A stretch of DNA of 64,000 nucleotides from Haliotis cracherodii (Eukaryota): positions 65,906,001-65,970,000 of the forward strand of contig NW_027266297.1 of the NCBI RefSeq assembly GCF_022045235.1, given 5' to 3'. The position numbers were made by a program, and so were the translations under genes. Position 1 is the stretch's first letter, and every line of letters starts with the position of its first letter. Positions 24,813 to 38,201 of this stretch are shown here, one piece after another. The notes beneath the pieces were generated by a model that saw only the letters and a program-made list of their open reading frames with translations, was not told the DNA's origin and made no database searches.

Positions 24813-25742
24813 CAAGGTTCATACAGATATGGAACACTAAAATTCAAGGCCTTTCAACGGCCATTTTCAAGGCTTTTGAGTTGGGTTATAAGCCTCAGTC
24901 TGTCTTTAGTTTTTATCAACAGTGTTGAATCAAACTTGGAACATGTATCATTCAGGGGTTGAAGTGGTGCCTTTTGCTATGTAGGAATTTAGATATTTTT
25001 TTTTCCTGTTTCCATGGCAAGAAGTTTGACTTTGACAACATCTTTAAAACTAATTGGTATTCTTCCTTGAAACTATGCACACATATGACCAGTTTGTCAT
25101 CTGGTGCCTTTTGCTATTTAGGGATTGTTAGAATTTATTTTTTTTCTGTTTCCCTGGCAACAAGTTTGACTTTGACTGTTCATGTTGGTGTGTACATGAC
25201 ATAGAAATACAAAGTTCCGTATCCAAATTCTATGGTATTGTTTTGATAGCTCAATAACTACTCTTGTATACTGACAGACAGATCAGATAGAAATTCTTCA
25301 AGTGGACTTAACAGGCAGATAATTCGCTCTTTCGATTTTGTAGGGGCTGGGGGGATTTGTCACTTGTTGACTCTTGTTTAAACCCAGCATACTTAGTCGT
25401 AAGACTTAAAAAGCAGTATGAACATCACAAATTTTTAATCAAGGCTGATTTTCACAACCAACAAATAAAAGAAATTAAGTCTGTCATGAATTGTTCAAGG
25501 TCTTTTGTATAGCTTTATTAATGTTATAAAGCACACTTGTACATCCTTGGTACATAGGTATAATTATTATATGTTTTAATTTAAAACACTTATATTAACA
25601 AGGTTATGTCACTTTGAAAAAATTCAAGGCTTTTCAAGCTATTTTGGTGATTTTCATGACTTTTCAAGGTTAACACTAATAATCAAGTCTTTTCAAGAGC
25701 AACCTTAAAATTCAAGGCCTTTTCATGCCTGTATGGATCTTG
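24813..25742. mobile_element. hAT-like non-autonomous element with ttttcaagg subterminal repeats
   Basis: caaggttcatacag / ctgtatggatcttg termini. Confidence 0.6.
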
Positions 25743-25754
25743 TAGAAGTAGTTA

Positions 25755-26029
25755 GTGAGTGAGTTGGGTTTAACGCCGCTTTTAACATTATTCCAGTTAT
25801 ATCACGGCGTGTCAGCTTAATGAGGGAGGAAAGCCCAAAGTGATGCAGGTCTCAGACGTTTACCACTTCGGTGAAACCCACGAGCACGGGTATGGTGCCG
25901 ACAAACCTAGAAACATAATCGGGGTCAACCGGGATTCGAACCCACATTCATAGATTTCTGGCGTGTCCAGGGGAAGCAACTCTGCACAGTGAATCGAGGC
26001 GCTTAGATGACTGGGCCACCCACGCCCCC
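25755..26029 (-). mobile_element. tRNA-derived SINE family B
   Basis: Matches the family; TSD tcttgtagaagta. Confidence 0.85.
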
Positions 26030-27402
26030 TCTTGTAGAAGTAACATGTATGCACTTGTAACAAAACCAATAAACAGGAACACGTTTTAATACTTCGTTTT
26101 ATAGTATTGCACTATTACACAATCACAAAATACCTCTGACTTTAAGAAAATATGATATTTATGAAAATCCAAATTTGGAACAAAACAACCATTTCCCCCA
26201 AATTTGCCTGCCAGGGGTACTTAGTGAAAAATCCTAGATAATCCCTGATCATGCTGATAACACATACCCACATGTTACACACCTCAGTGAATTTGCTGGA
26301 TCAAATGGCAATAAGACATTTCCATGATCTTATTACCTTTAGATAAAATATCATTATGAAATTTGAAAAAAAATCTTCACAGGCTTTTGGACCACAATAA
26401 GTCGGTTTTCTTGAAAACGAACTGATCTGAAGACCTGCACCTAGAATGTTGGATGCATTACCAGTGGATGAAAGTCAAGGATCCCTGTTATGGTCCTTAA
26501 GTTACAAATAACAGACCCAAGTAATTAAACCATGTATTATCCACATCTCTATCAACAGCTTTTGAAGCATCGACACAAAATGTAACTGAGAAATGTGTTA
26601 TATAGAATATGTTTACATATGAAGATATCTGTTTTACTGTAGGGTTGTAATTAATTTGAAATTTCTGTAATGACATAAGATATTCGAAACATTATTTCAG
26701 TGTTAACACTTCAGGCTTGCGAGGAGTTGTTCAATATTTCAATCATCTATGTTCATGGTAAAGCTTAGCCATATGTCCATACAAAGACATCCCAATGACT
26801 TTCTGTTGACAAAATACAAGATATTTATACATTATATAGGCTGGCCTAAAATGTCGCCAATATTTTCCCGCTGTAATGATCACATTACTATTGTTATTTC
26901 TATGCTGTGTAGTGATACATCAATCATTAGCAAACAGGATGTTTTCATGCAGCGCACTACTTTAAACATGTAAACAATGAGGGAATCATTCCTAAGACAC
27001 ATGTTATTAAACCATTCCATTTAAAGCTAAGGATTAGGATCAGTATCTTAAAGTATCAACATCAGATTAACCACTTAGAACATCTTCATACCACTTCAAA
27101 ACATCACACTAGAGTTTGATGCCCATTAATTTTCTTCTTGTTCTAATAGGGATTCACTGAAATGATAATACACATAATTGTAAACTTCCTGGAACCTAAC
27201 TACAGCTTAATGTTTAACAATAGTAATTGTACAGAAGTTAATTGAGTTCCTTATTCCTTACCTTCTAAACATTGTCCAAGTTGGTGTGTAATCCAGATAA
27301 AAGAAACTTAACACACACAGAGACTGGAGATGAAATGACACAAGACTTGATAATGCGCTCTCCTATATATGATCACACCACAAGTCCAAGGGAACTTCCT
27401 TT

Positions 27403-27439
27403 ATTGCCATGGAAACAAACTACTGATTACCATAGCAAC
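27403..27439. promoter_or_regulatory. Paired RFX X-box-like motifs upstream of the Tctex1-domain CDS
   Basis: attgccatggaaac and attaccatagcaac resemble GTTNCCATGGNAAC; ciliary genes are known RFX targets. Confidence 0.3.
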
Positions 27440-29855
27440 ATGCTTCCATCCTTTTGTTTTCAATCAATAGGCATTATAAAACTCGTGAGAATCATTGACA
27501 ATGGAGTCAAACTGCTGCTAGAGTGATTGTGTACTTCAGCCTCAAGTAGACAAACTCATTGCTGGTCTCCAAAACATGCAGCCATGTTACAACCAACATC
27601 TGGCTTCAATTAAATTGCACACATGCAATTAGAGACACAACCATCAATGATTTATCAGCTTATAGATAATCAAGTGGCAGTAGCTATTGTCTACGGGTTG
27701 TATCTCGACCGTTTCCCTTAATTATCGATCACATCATGGCAACGTAAGCTTTAAGACGTAATGATAGATGTAACTGCTACTGTAATGATTCACGTAACTG
27801 GAAGTGTGACACAGGTGTGAGCATCAAAGCCTGGTACAGGTGTAACTGGAAGGTGAGACGGACGACACAGGTAATTAGTGCACGGTAAAACACAAACTAA
27901 TGGGGCTAGTTGCTAACAATAATTCATTTGTTCCTTGTTAATCTACACTAATTGCAGCACATTAACACGAAAACATTCAAAAAGCGCCAAGTCAGAGATC
28001 AATAAACTGGCGTGGTTGGTAATGGACATGTCATAAACGAAACAAAACAACACAGTTATAGTCATAAACTCAAGAAACAGATCAATTTGTTATTTAAGGT
28101 GTGTTGTAAAACTTGATCCACATTCGATAACACTTAAACGCAGCTTTCTTGAACTGTGTTTGTTCGGTAAAACACATATGACAAACTAGACATGATCCAC
28201 ACTCCTACAGAACTATACAAAATTAAATCCTACCTTGGCTTGGTAAAGACCTAAGAAAAGTAATATCCTATTTGTACGAAGACTGAGAAGGGGTATCGGA
28301 CAGCTCTTATTCCATGTCTTTTCACTTCATGTCAAACCTGAACTATAGAAAAACCTCAGCAAAGACTTGGATTAAGAGCTGTATTTTTGTGATGAATAGA
28401 TTTTGAGATTAGATTTAAAAGGCCTTGCTCATGTTTTTTTCAACATTTAGCTGAGAATGTGTCAATGGTGTGGGAGAAAAGTGTGAGGGGGAGATGCCAA
28501 ATCAACCAACACTTCTATTATGCATAAACTAACACTACTCCAAACCATCTAAAATAGAAAACTCCAAAACCCCCACATCAGGTATTCTGTTTTATTCACA
28601 TCAGACTTTGAATCTGCTCCACAGCATCACAAATAATATCACCTATCATTTTTAGGTGACATTAAGTTTATCAAAGTTCTGAGGTCAAAATCAGATTCTG
28701 TATGGAAGGAGTGTGTATCTCGCTGTCCGATACAGATGTGACAACTTCACGAGAAAGAAAGGTCAAGGAGTTTGTTAGATGAGTTCTAACTCATATATTT
28801 GTAAGATAAAGTTAACTTTTCAATGGATATTTCCCCTAAATGTAACTTGCTTCAGGAACATGACACGTGTGAAAGCAGGGTAAAGTTACAAACCAATCAA
28901 TTGTGTGCCTAATGATAGCGGAAATAAGACTAATTATAATAGATAAGGAAGGAGTAGGTGTCATATTGTCCCAGGAGAAAATGAAAGCGTATTCCACATG
29001 ACTTATTAAATATATATAGCTCTTCTTATCAGAGTAATGCTACGAGCAATCTTCTCATGATTGATTATAATCAATATCTAATCTGTCTTATCAAATGTTA
29101 AGAAAAGACATAGTCAATTGCTATTTCAAATGTGGAACCCATGTCAACTCTATACATAAATATTTTAAATACACATACACCACCTCCATCAATAAAATTC
29201 CCAAAATAATATTGACCCCTGAAAATAGGATTGTTGCATACCTTTGCATTGTTACTGTAAGTTGTATATCATGTACTGCCAGTGCAAGCAGAAACTCATG
29301 TGATATTATTGGTCTTCTTTTTTGAAACCCTGGCCTCCCAAGGTAGACTTTGTGTCTCAGTACGCTAATGTTATCATCATGACTTGACCCTACAACTCAT
29401 GCAGTCTTTTTCAGGAAGCAAGATGATAAAGCTCTCAGGGGGGTAAGATATCTTGCAACATGTCCCAGTTGTATTTGTATTTCAGGTCTCAGTAATTTTT
29501 TATAGTTATATTTTCTCTATTCTTTATCTCTTGTAGCTATGATTATTAAGTTGTTCCATTGCCTCTCAATTTAATAAAATAGACTATTTATTTCAGTATT
29601 CAAGTTTCTCAGAAAATGTTGAAAATGCTGTTAAATTGTCATTTCACTTACAGTCAAGTGACAAGCCCAGTTTCACAAAGCGATTAGAGTTCAGATTTGT
29701 AACTTCCATACTCAGTTTTAGTACTACTGTCAGCAATGATCTGTTTCTGAAATGGGGTCATGATCACCTCTTATGACTGCTATTAATACCACTTGGGAGG
29801 AATTATTTATGATTGTTTCAAGATATAAATACAAGTCTGTTCAGTACAATTCTAT

Positions 29856-30063
29856 GTCGTAAGAGGTGACTAACCGCATCAGGCGGTCAGGCTCGCTGAC
29901 TTGGTTGATGCATGTCATTGTATCCCAGTTGTGTGGATTGATGCTCATGATGTCAATCACTGGATTGTTTGGTTCATATTCGATATTTACAGACCGCTGT
30001 CATATAGCTGGAATATTGCTGAGTGTGTCATTAAACAACAAACAAACAAACAAACAAACAAAC
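29856..30063 (+). mobile_element. SINE family A, 5' truncated
   Basis: Matches the consensus; TSD cagtacaatt. Confidence 0.85.
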
Positions 30064-31660
30064 AGTACAATTTTACACATAAAATAATTTCATTTCTTTT
30101 TCATACAATTTTTCTTTCTTCTACAGATAGACAATAGATGTATACAAGTAGTTCTTTATGTTCGCATGTTGTACTTGTATACCTGTAGAGTACCAAAAGA
30201 AGAATGCCAAAAGTGACACTAGGATGAAATAGGCCCTCTATAGATTGTAATGTATTGACAGTCAGCATTTCATGACCATCTCAGTGACATGTCAAAGCAG
30301 TCAAAGCAGATTGCATTCCTTGTTTGTCCCGTTCAACTGACCGTCCAAGTTGCATGAAAATATGTGACATTGTCACCTTACAGTGTAGATCTGCCTTACA
30401 TAGCCCAGCGTTAGAAATTGGCACTAGTCAATATGTTATCATTATAAGGACTAGTGGACAAAAACTGTTAGTTTCTAACCCTGATTTTATAGCCATCATT
30501 TATATTTGAATGTGAAAAAAACGAGACACTATGTTTCAGTTTTAAATGTTCTAGTTTAGTAATTGTAACAATGGATAAATAATCATATGAAGATACGAAG
30601 GACATGCTATAGAAGAACATGAAAAACTCCCTTCGGGAAAAAAAGCTCAATTATAATTGGATCAAGCCTAATTCTTTCACTGAAAAGGGTCACATAGAAG
30701 CCATGCCATGATCAACGTATTAAGAAATTGTGAATTCCACACGAATTTGAGATAAATAATATGTTTATAACTTTATTTACACACTCACCTTCTTTGTTTA
30801 TGCCGTCTGTTAACTTTTGATGACGTTGACCCCGTGAATTATCTCCCCTTGAGTGTTTCCAGCTCCTTACACTGGTAGAGTTGTAGAGCTTCAGTTTTTC
30901 CTCTTAGAGTCTATAGATATAAAACTTCATATCGGCTATAATTACAGTTATATATCATATATTATTATATTTCAAATCAAACACCAAAACAATCTCTGTT
31001 AGTGGTTCAAAGACTCTGATGAAATGTTCAGAAAACAGGGACTCCATGCACGGTAGATTTTTCTATGTGCTCTTTGGCATTGACTGAGAATCATTCTTCC
31101 TTTACATCCGTTTCTAGTGTTTGGCTATATCCCCACAATCAAACGATAGTAAACGCCAAGTGCACATTTTTAAAGTGATCGAATGCTTCTGGATTGGTGG
31201 AATTTTCCCATTTAGCAAAGTAGACATTTTTGAAGACATCTTATTTAGAGAACACGTTTGCCAGCCATACTATTCCTCTTAAAGGAGAGTTGACATCTCA
31301 TATAAAGGTGTCCCGAATAGAACCGACCATGCGTAACGATGATTTAGCTGTATCAACAGTAACGTGTAACTCGGCCTCATGTTGCTCAACAATTTTCATC
31401 CTCCACTTTCTCAGTTAAGGATCCCAACATGTTTGTTCCTAAAACAGATGAAAGTGGGGTATGGGCGTCAATGTGGTCTCCAATCAATACCGCGTTAAGG
31501 TATACCAACTGAATAAGTAATTATTGTAATTGTAGTTTGGAGCAAGTGATATTATTAAATGAATAAGTGATATAACTAATTAAATACCGATTAAAGTCTA
31601 TTTCCGCACTGCGCAGAAACGTACGAGGGACGTCCAAAATTAAGTATGTAGGGGGTACCT

Positions 31661-31737
31661 GGGACCGAGTTCACAAAGCGGTGATAATGTTGATTACGAC
31701 AGTCGTAGCGTTATCATGGCTTTGTGAAACGGGTCCT
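31661..31737. mobile_element. Short Harbinger-like MITE (relative near 29666-29760)
   Basis: gggaccgagttcacaaagc / gctttgtgaaacgggtcc. Confidence 0.5.
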
Positions 31738-31775
31738 GTCTTCACTAAAATGTATTTGTGCTTATGTATGTTAAT

Positions 31776-32002
31776 TGTTTGTTTGTTAACGCCGCACTAC
31801 CAATATTCCAGCTATGACGGCGGTCTGTAAATAATCGAGTCTAGACAAGACAATCCAGTGATTGTCATCAGGATCATCGATCGCGCAATGGGGATACGAT
31901 GACATGGATCAACCAAGTCAGCGAGCTTGACCATACCGTTAGTCGCCTCTTACGACAAGCATGGGTTGCTGAAGACCTCTTCTAACCCGGATCTTCACGG
32001 GT
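31776..32002 (-). mobile_element. SINE family A copy (single hairpin module)
   Basis: Matches the consensus. Confidence 0.85.
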
Positions 32003-32287
32003 AAGCAATACGTAGAGCGATATTTGATATGCATATTTATTAGTTATCGAGATGAAAGCAATTTTGTTTGAACTCGTTTAAATGTATGTCAAAATTATGA
32101 CTGTGGAGTTGTGTTGTTGTGACTCGATATAACAAGATATCGAAGTACAATAGAGATGGTAGCGCCATTGATGTGACCATGTCAGTGGTATTTTGTTCTG
32201 ACAATCAGCCAGAATTGTGTGTTCTGGTCAGTTACGTGTATGTGCGGACCGGGCACTGTGTGAACTGGTCATCTGAGTGTTTGTACT

Positions 32288-33228
32288 GGTCATCCAAGTG
32301 TGTGTACGGAGCAGGCAGATGTGCGTCCACTGGTCATCCAAGTGTGTGTACGGAGCAGGCAGGTGTGCGTCCACTGGTCATCCAAGTGTGTGTACGGAGC
32401 GGGCAGATGTGCGTCCACTGGTCATCCAAGTGTGTGTACGGAGCAGGCAGATGTGCGTCCACTGGTCATCCAAGTGTGTGTACGGAGCAGGCAGATGTGC
32501 GTCCACTGGTCATCTCAGTGTGTGTACGGAGCAGGCAGATGTGCGTCCACTGGTCATCTCAGTGTGTGTACGGAGCAGGCAGATGTGCGTCCACTGGTCA
32601 TCCAAGTGTGTGTACGGAGCGGGCAGATGTGCGTCCACTGGTCATCCAAGTGTGTGTACGGAGCAGGCAGATGTGCGTCCACTGGTCATCCAAGTGTGTG
32701 TACGGAGCAGGCAGATGTGCGTCCACTGGTCATCTCAGTGTGTGTACGGAGCAGGCAGATGTGCGTCCACTGGTCATCCAAGTGTGTGTACGGAGCGGGC
32801 AGATGTGCGTCCACTGGTCATCCAAGTGTGTGTACGGAGCGGGCAGATGTGCGTCCACTGGTCATCCAAGTGTGTGTACGGAGCAGGCAGATGTGCGTCC
32901 ACTGGTCATCCAAGTGTGTGTACGGAGCAGGCAGATGTGCGTCCACTGGTCATCTCAGTGTGTGTACGGAGCAGGCAGATGTGCGTCCACTGGTCATCCA
33001 AGTGTGTGTACGGAGCGGGCAGATGTGCGTCCACTGGTCATCCAAGTGTGTGTACGGAGCGGGCAGATGTGCGTCCACTGGTCATCTCAGTGTGTGTACG
33101 GAGCAGGCAGATGTGCGTCCACTGGTCATCCAAGTGTGTGTACGGAGCAGGCAGATGTGCGTCCACTGGTCATCCAAGTGTGTGTACGGAGCAGGCAGAT
33201 GTGCGTCCACTGGTCATCTAAGTGTGTG
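32288..33228. repeat. 44-bp tandem array (~21 units)
   Basis: gtgtgtgtacggagcaggcagatgtgcgtccactggtcatccaa. Confidence 0.95.
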
Positions 33229-33291
33229 TGTTGATCAGCAAAGTTTGCACTTGTGCTGGTCCACTAAATGTGTGTACATGCTAGGCAGGTG

Positions 33292-36200
33292 CGTACTGGT
33301 CATCGGAGTGTTTGTACTGGTCATCGGAGTACATCTGAGTGTTTGTACTGGTCATCAGAGTGTTTGTACTGGTCATTGGAGTGTTGGTACTGGTCATCGG
33401 AGTCCATCGGAGTGTTTGTACTGGTCATCGGAGTGTTTGTACTGGCCATCGGAGTGTTTGTACTGGTCATCGGAGTCCATCGGAGTGTTTGTACTGGTCA
33501 TCGGAGTACATCAGAGTGTTTGTACTGGTCATCGGAGTGTGTGTACTGGTCATCTGAGTGTTGGTACTGGCCATCAGAGTGTTTGTACTAGCCATCGGAG
33601 TGTTGGTACTGGTCATCAGAGTGTTTGTCCTGGTCATCGGAGTGTTTGTACTGGTCATCAGAGTGTTTGTACTGGTCATCGGAGTGTTTGTACTGGTCAT
33701 CAGAGTGTTTGTACTGGTCATCTGAGTGTTGGTACTGGTCATCAGAGTGTTTGTACTGGTCATCAGAGTGTTTGTACTGGTCATCGGAGTGTTTGTACTG
33801 GTGATAGGAGTGTTTGTACTGGTCATCGGAGTGTGTGTACTGGTCATCTGAGTATTCGTACTGGTCATCGGAGTGTTTGTACTGGTCATCAGAGTGTTTG
33901 TACTGGTCATCAGAGTGTTTGTACTGGTCATCGGAGTGTTTGTACTGGTCATCAGAGTGTTTGTACTGGTCATCAGAGTGTTGGTACTGGTCATCGGAGG
34001 GTTTGTACTGGTCATCAGAGTGTTTGTACTGGTCATCGGAGTGTTTGTACTGGTCATCAGAGTGTTTGTACTGGTCATCAGAGTGTTGGTACTGGTCATC
34101 AGAGTGTTTGTACTGGTCATCAGAGTGTTTGTACTGGTCATCGGAGTGTTTGTACTGGTCATCAGAGTGTTTGTACTGGTCATCGGAGTGTTTGTACTGG
34201 TCATCGGAGTGTTTGTACTGGTCATCAGAGTGTTTGTACTGGTCATCGGAGTGTTTGTACTGGTCATCGGAGTGTGTGTACTGGTCATCAGAGTGTGTGT
34301 ACTGGTCATCAGAGTGTTTGTACTGGTCATCTGAGTGTTTGTACTGGTCATCGGAGTGTTTGTACTGGTCATAAGAGTGTTTGTACTGGTCATCGGAGTG
34401 TTTGTACTGGTGATCAGAGTGTTTGTACTGGTCATCAGAGTGTTTGTAATGGTCATCGGAGTGTTTGTACTGGTCATCAGAGTGTTTGTACTGGTCATCT
34501 GAGTGTTGGTACTGGTCATCGGAGTGTTTGTACTGGTCATCAGAGTGTTTGTACTGGTCATCGGAGTGTTTGTACTGGTCATCAGAGTGTGTGTACTGGT
34601 CATCTGAGTATTCGTATTGGTCATCGGAGTGTTTGTACTGGTCATCAGAGTGTTTGTACTGGTCATCAGAGTGTTTGTACTGGTCATCGGAGTGTTTTTA
34701 CTGGTCATCAGAGTGTTTGTACTGGTCATCAGAGTGTTTGTACTGGTCATCGGAGTGTTTGTACTGGTCATCAGAGTGTTTGTACTGGTCATCAGAGTGT
34801 TGGTACTGGTCATCGGAGTGTTTGTACTGGTCATCAGAGTGTTTGTACTGGTCATCGGAGTGTTTGTACTGGTCATCAGAATGTTTGTACTGGTCATCAG
34901 AGTGTTGGTACTGGTCATCAGAGTGTTTGTACTGGTCATCGGAGTGTTTGTACTGGTGATCGGAGTGTTTGTACTGGTCATTGGAGTGTGTGTACTGGTC
35001 ATCTGAGTGTTGGTACTGGCCATCGGAGTGTTGGTACTGGTGATCAGAGTGTTGGTACTGGTCATCAGAGTGTTTGTACTGGTCATCGGAGTGTTTGTAC
35101 TGGTCATCAGAGTGTTTGTACTGGTCATCAGAGTGTTTGTACTGGTCATCGGAGTGTTTGTACTGGTCATCGGAGTGTTTGTACTGGTCATCAGAGTGTT
35201 TGTACTGGTCATCGGAGTGTTTGTACTGGTCATCGGAGTGTGTGTACTGGTCATCAGAGTGTGTGTACTGGTCATCAGAGTGTTTGTACTGGTCATCGGA
35301 GTGTTTGTACTGGTCATAAGAGTGTTTGTACTGGTCATCGGAGTGTTTGTACTGGTCATCAGAGTGTTTGTACTGGTCATCGGAGTGTTTGTACTGGTCA
35401 TCAGAGTGTTTGTACTGGTCATCAGAGTGTTTGTACTGGTCATCGGAGTGTTTGTACTGGTCATCGGAGTGTGTGTACTGGTCATCAGAGTGTTTGTACT
35501 GGTCATCGAAGTGTTTGTACTGGTCATCAGAGTGTTTGTACTGGTCATCAGAGTGTTTGTACTGGTCATCTGAGTGTTTGTACTGGTCATCAGAGTGTTT
35601 GTACTGGTCATCAGAGTGTTTGTACTGGTCATCTGAGTGTTTGTACTGGTCATCGGAGTGTTTGTACTGGTCATCAGAGTGTTTGTACTGGTCATCAGAG
35701 TGTTTGTACTGGTCATCGGAGTGTTTGTACTGGTCATCAGAGTGTTTGTACTGGTCATCGGAGTGTTTGTACTGGTCATTGGAGTGTGTGTACTGGTCAT
35801 CGGAGTGTTCGTACTGGTCATCGGAGTGTTGGTACTGGTGATCAGAGTGTTTGTACTGGTCATCAGAGTGTTTGTACTGGTCATCGGAGTGTTTGTACTG
35901 GTCATCAGAGTGTTTGTACTGGTCATCAGAGTGTTTGTACTGGTCATCGGAGTGTTTGTACTGGTCATCAGAGTGTTTGTACTGGTCATCGGAGTGTTTG
36001 TACTGGTCATCAGAGTGTTTGTACTGGTCATCGGAGTGTTTGTACTGGTCATCGGAGTGTTTGTACTGGTCATCAGAGTGTTTGTACTGGTCATCGGAGT
36101 GTTTGTACTGGTCATCAGAGTGTTTGTACTGGTCATCTGAGTGTTTGTACTGGTCATCGGAGTGTTTGTACTGGACATCGGAGTGTTTGTACTGGTCATC

Positions 36201-36618
36201 GGAGTGTTTGTACTGGTCATCGGAGTGTTTGTACTGGTCATCAGAGTGTTTGTACTGGTCATCGGAGTGTTTGTACTGGTCATCAGAGTGTTTGTACTGG
36301 TCATCTGAGTGTTTGTACTGGTCATCTGAGTGTTTGTACTGGTCATCAGAGTGTTTGTACTGGTCATCAGAGTGTTTGTACTGGTCATCTGAGTGTTTGT
36401 ACTGGTCATCGGAGTGTTTGTACTGGTCATCGGAGTGTTTGTACTGGTCATCGGAGTGTTGGTACTGGTCATCGGAGTGTTGGTACTGGTCATCTGAGTG
36501 TTTGTACTGGTCATCAGAGTGTTTGTACTGGTCATCGGAGTGTTTGTACTGGTCATCTGAGTGTTGGTACTGGTCATCGGAGTGTTTGTACTGGTCATCG
36601 GAGTGTTTGTACTGGTCA
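33292..36618. repeat. 21-bp tandem array (~155 units)
   Basis: gtactggtcatc(a/g/t)gagtgttt. Confidence 0.97.
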
Positions 36619-36722
36619 GTCAGATATATGTTCGGGTGAGGCAGATATGTGTTCTGCTAAAGGGCAAAAATGCGCCCCCAAAACATAAACATAATAACAA
36701 ATTCAACAGTTACATTTTTAAT

Positions 36723-36847
36723 GAGTGAGTGAGTTGGGTTTAACGCCGCTTTTAACAGTGTTCCAGCTATATCACGGCGTGTCCGCTAATGTGGGAGGAA
36801 AGCCCGAAGTGATGCAGGTCTCAGACGGTTACCACTTCGGTGAAAGC
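36723..36847 (-). mobile_element. SINE family B 3' fragment
   Basis: Matches the family tail. Confidence 0.8.
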
Positions 36848-36978
36848 CTTTTGATGAAGCAAGAGAGACAGAACACTTTGAACAGGAAGAGAATCAACAG
36901 AGGGATGAGTAACCGGTCAGTCGGCTTCAGTATTTCTCCATCACGACACAAACATGAGGTCTGGGTTTTTATTTAGAG

Positions 36979-37058
36979 AATCTCACCCTCTTGTCTTTTG
37001 ATATCAAATATATAAACGAGTTGATATATTTGATATCAAAAGACACAAGGGTGAGATT
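36979..37058. repeat. ~80-bp inverted repeat (hairpin), probably a transposon terminus
   Basis: aatctcaccctcttgtcttttgatatcaaatatat ... atatatttgatatcaaaagacacaagggtgagatt. Confidence 0.75.
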
Positions 37059-37639
37059 TTATTCATCACCCAACATCATTTCAATCTTTTTCAGTTTGTA
37101 GACAATAATAAAAAGTACTGCTAACAGCATCAGTAGCAGAGCCATTAATGATGTCATTTGATTGTGACGTCATGGTAACCAATGATGTCACAATGGTCTG
37201 CAAAGCATTGTGATGCGATATCTCCTGTGGGAGCCATTTTGGATGATGAATGGACGTAAGAAAACGATGTTCCAGGACATGTGACAAAAGTTGGTTCGAC
37301 TCGAACGATTTAAAAAGATACCTTCGCATTATAGGAGAGTAATTACGGATTTTAAGGCCAATGATCGAGTCGAACCTCGGTCGTCCAATTTGGGGTCTTA
37401 ACCCGAAAGCGCCATTTCCACCACCCCAGCATATATGTACAGCTGCAACGCAATTGCTGGGATATTGCTGACATTGGCGTAATGTAACGAAGAGACGAAA
37501 GTTCATTTCGACACGACACCTACATCATCAACCGTTGTCCGTCCACGCCGTTACCAGGATTTGTGCATCACATGCACATGTTGCTATGAGATGTATAACC
37601 GTCTAGATGTACCACCGTACAGAAAACATGTAGAAAATG

Positions 37640-37769
37640 TGACCCGTGAAGATTCCGGGATAGAATAGGTCTTCAGCAACCCATGCTTGCCGTAAAAGGT
37701 GACTATGCTTGTCGTAAAAGGCGACTAACGGGATCGGGTGGTCAGGCTCGCTGACTTGGTTGATACATG
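37640..37769 (+). mobile_element. SINE family A 5' half; a diverged 3' half lies at ~39726-39822
   Basis: Starts gacccgtgaagattccggg and breaks after cttggttgatacatg. Confidence 0.8.
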
Positions 37770-37780
37770 CCTTCGTATGT

Positions 37781-38184
37781 GCATGACTACCGAAGGTGGG
37801 TGAGTTCATGGTGTTCCCGGTATGTAACCATGGCTACAGTGTGACTCCGCCGATGTGTTGCCTGCCTAGTGCATGACTACCGAAAGTGGGTGAGTTCATG
37901 GTGTTCCCGGTATGTAACCATGGCTACAGTGTGACTCCGCCGATGTGTTGCCTGCGTAGTGCATGACTACCGAAGGTGGGTGAGTTCATGGTGTTCCCGG
38001 TATGTAACCATGGCTACAGTGTGACTCCGCCGATGTGTTGCCTGCGTATGTGCATGACTACCGAAGGTGGGTGAGTTCATGGTGTTCCCGGTATGTAACC
38101 ATGGCTACAGTGTGACTCCGCCGATGTGTTGCCTGCGTAGTGCATGACTACCGAAGGTGGGTGAGTTCATGGTGATCCCGGTAC
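37781..38184. repeat. 90-bp tandem repeat x4.5
   Basis: gcatgactaccgaaggtgggtgagttcatggtgttcccggtatgtaaccatggctacagtgtgactccgccgatgtgttgcctgcgtagt. Confidence 0.95.
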
Positions 38185-38201
38185 CATGTTGAACATACAA
38201 C

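Noticed and set aside
32119-36688. Long ORFs up to 1462 aa (SVCTGHR, MTSTNT repeats)
   Set aside because: Products of stop-free 44- and 21-bp units; open in several frames and on both strands with no unique domain.
37781-38184. Possible twister ribozyme or CRISPR-like array in the 90-bp repeat
   Set aside because: Only actccgcc resembles twister and the CCGGUCCCAAGCCCGG core is absent; units are near-identical with no unique spacers.
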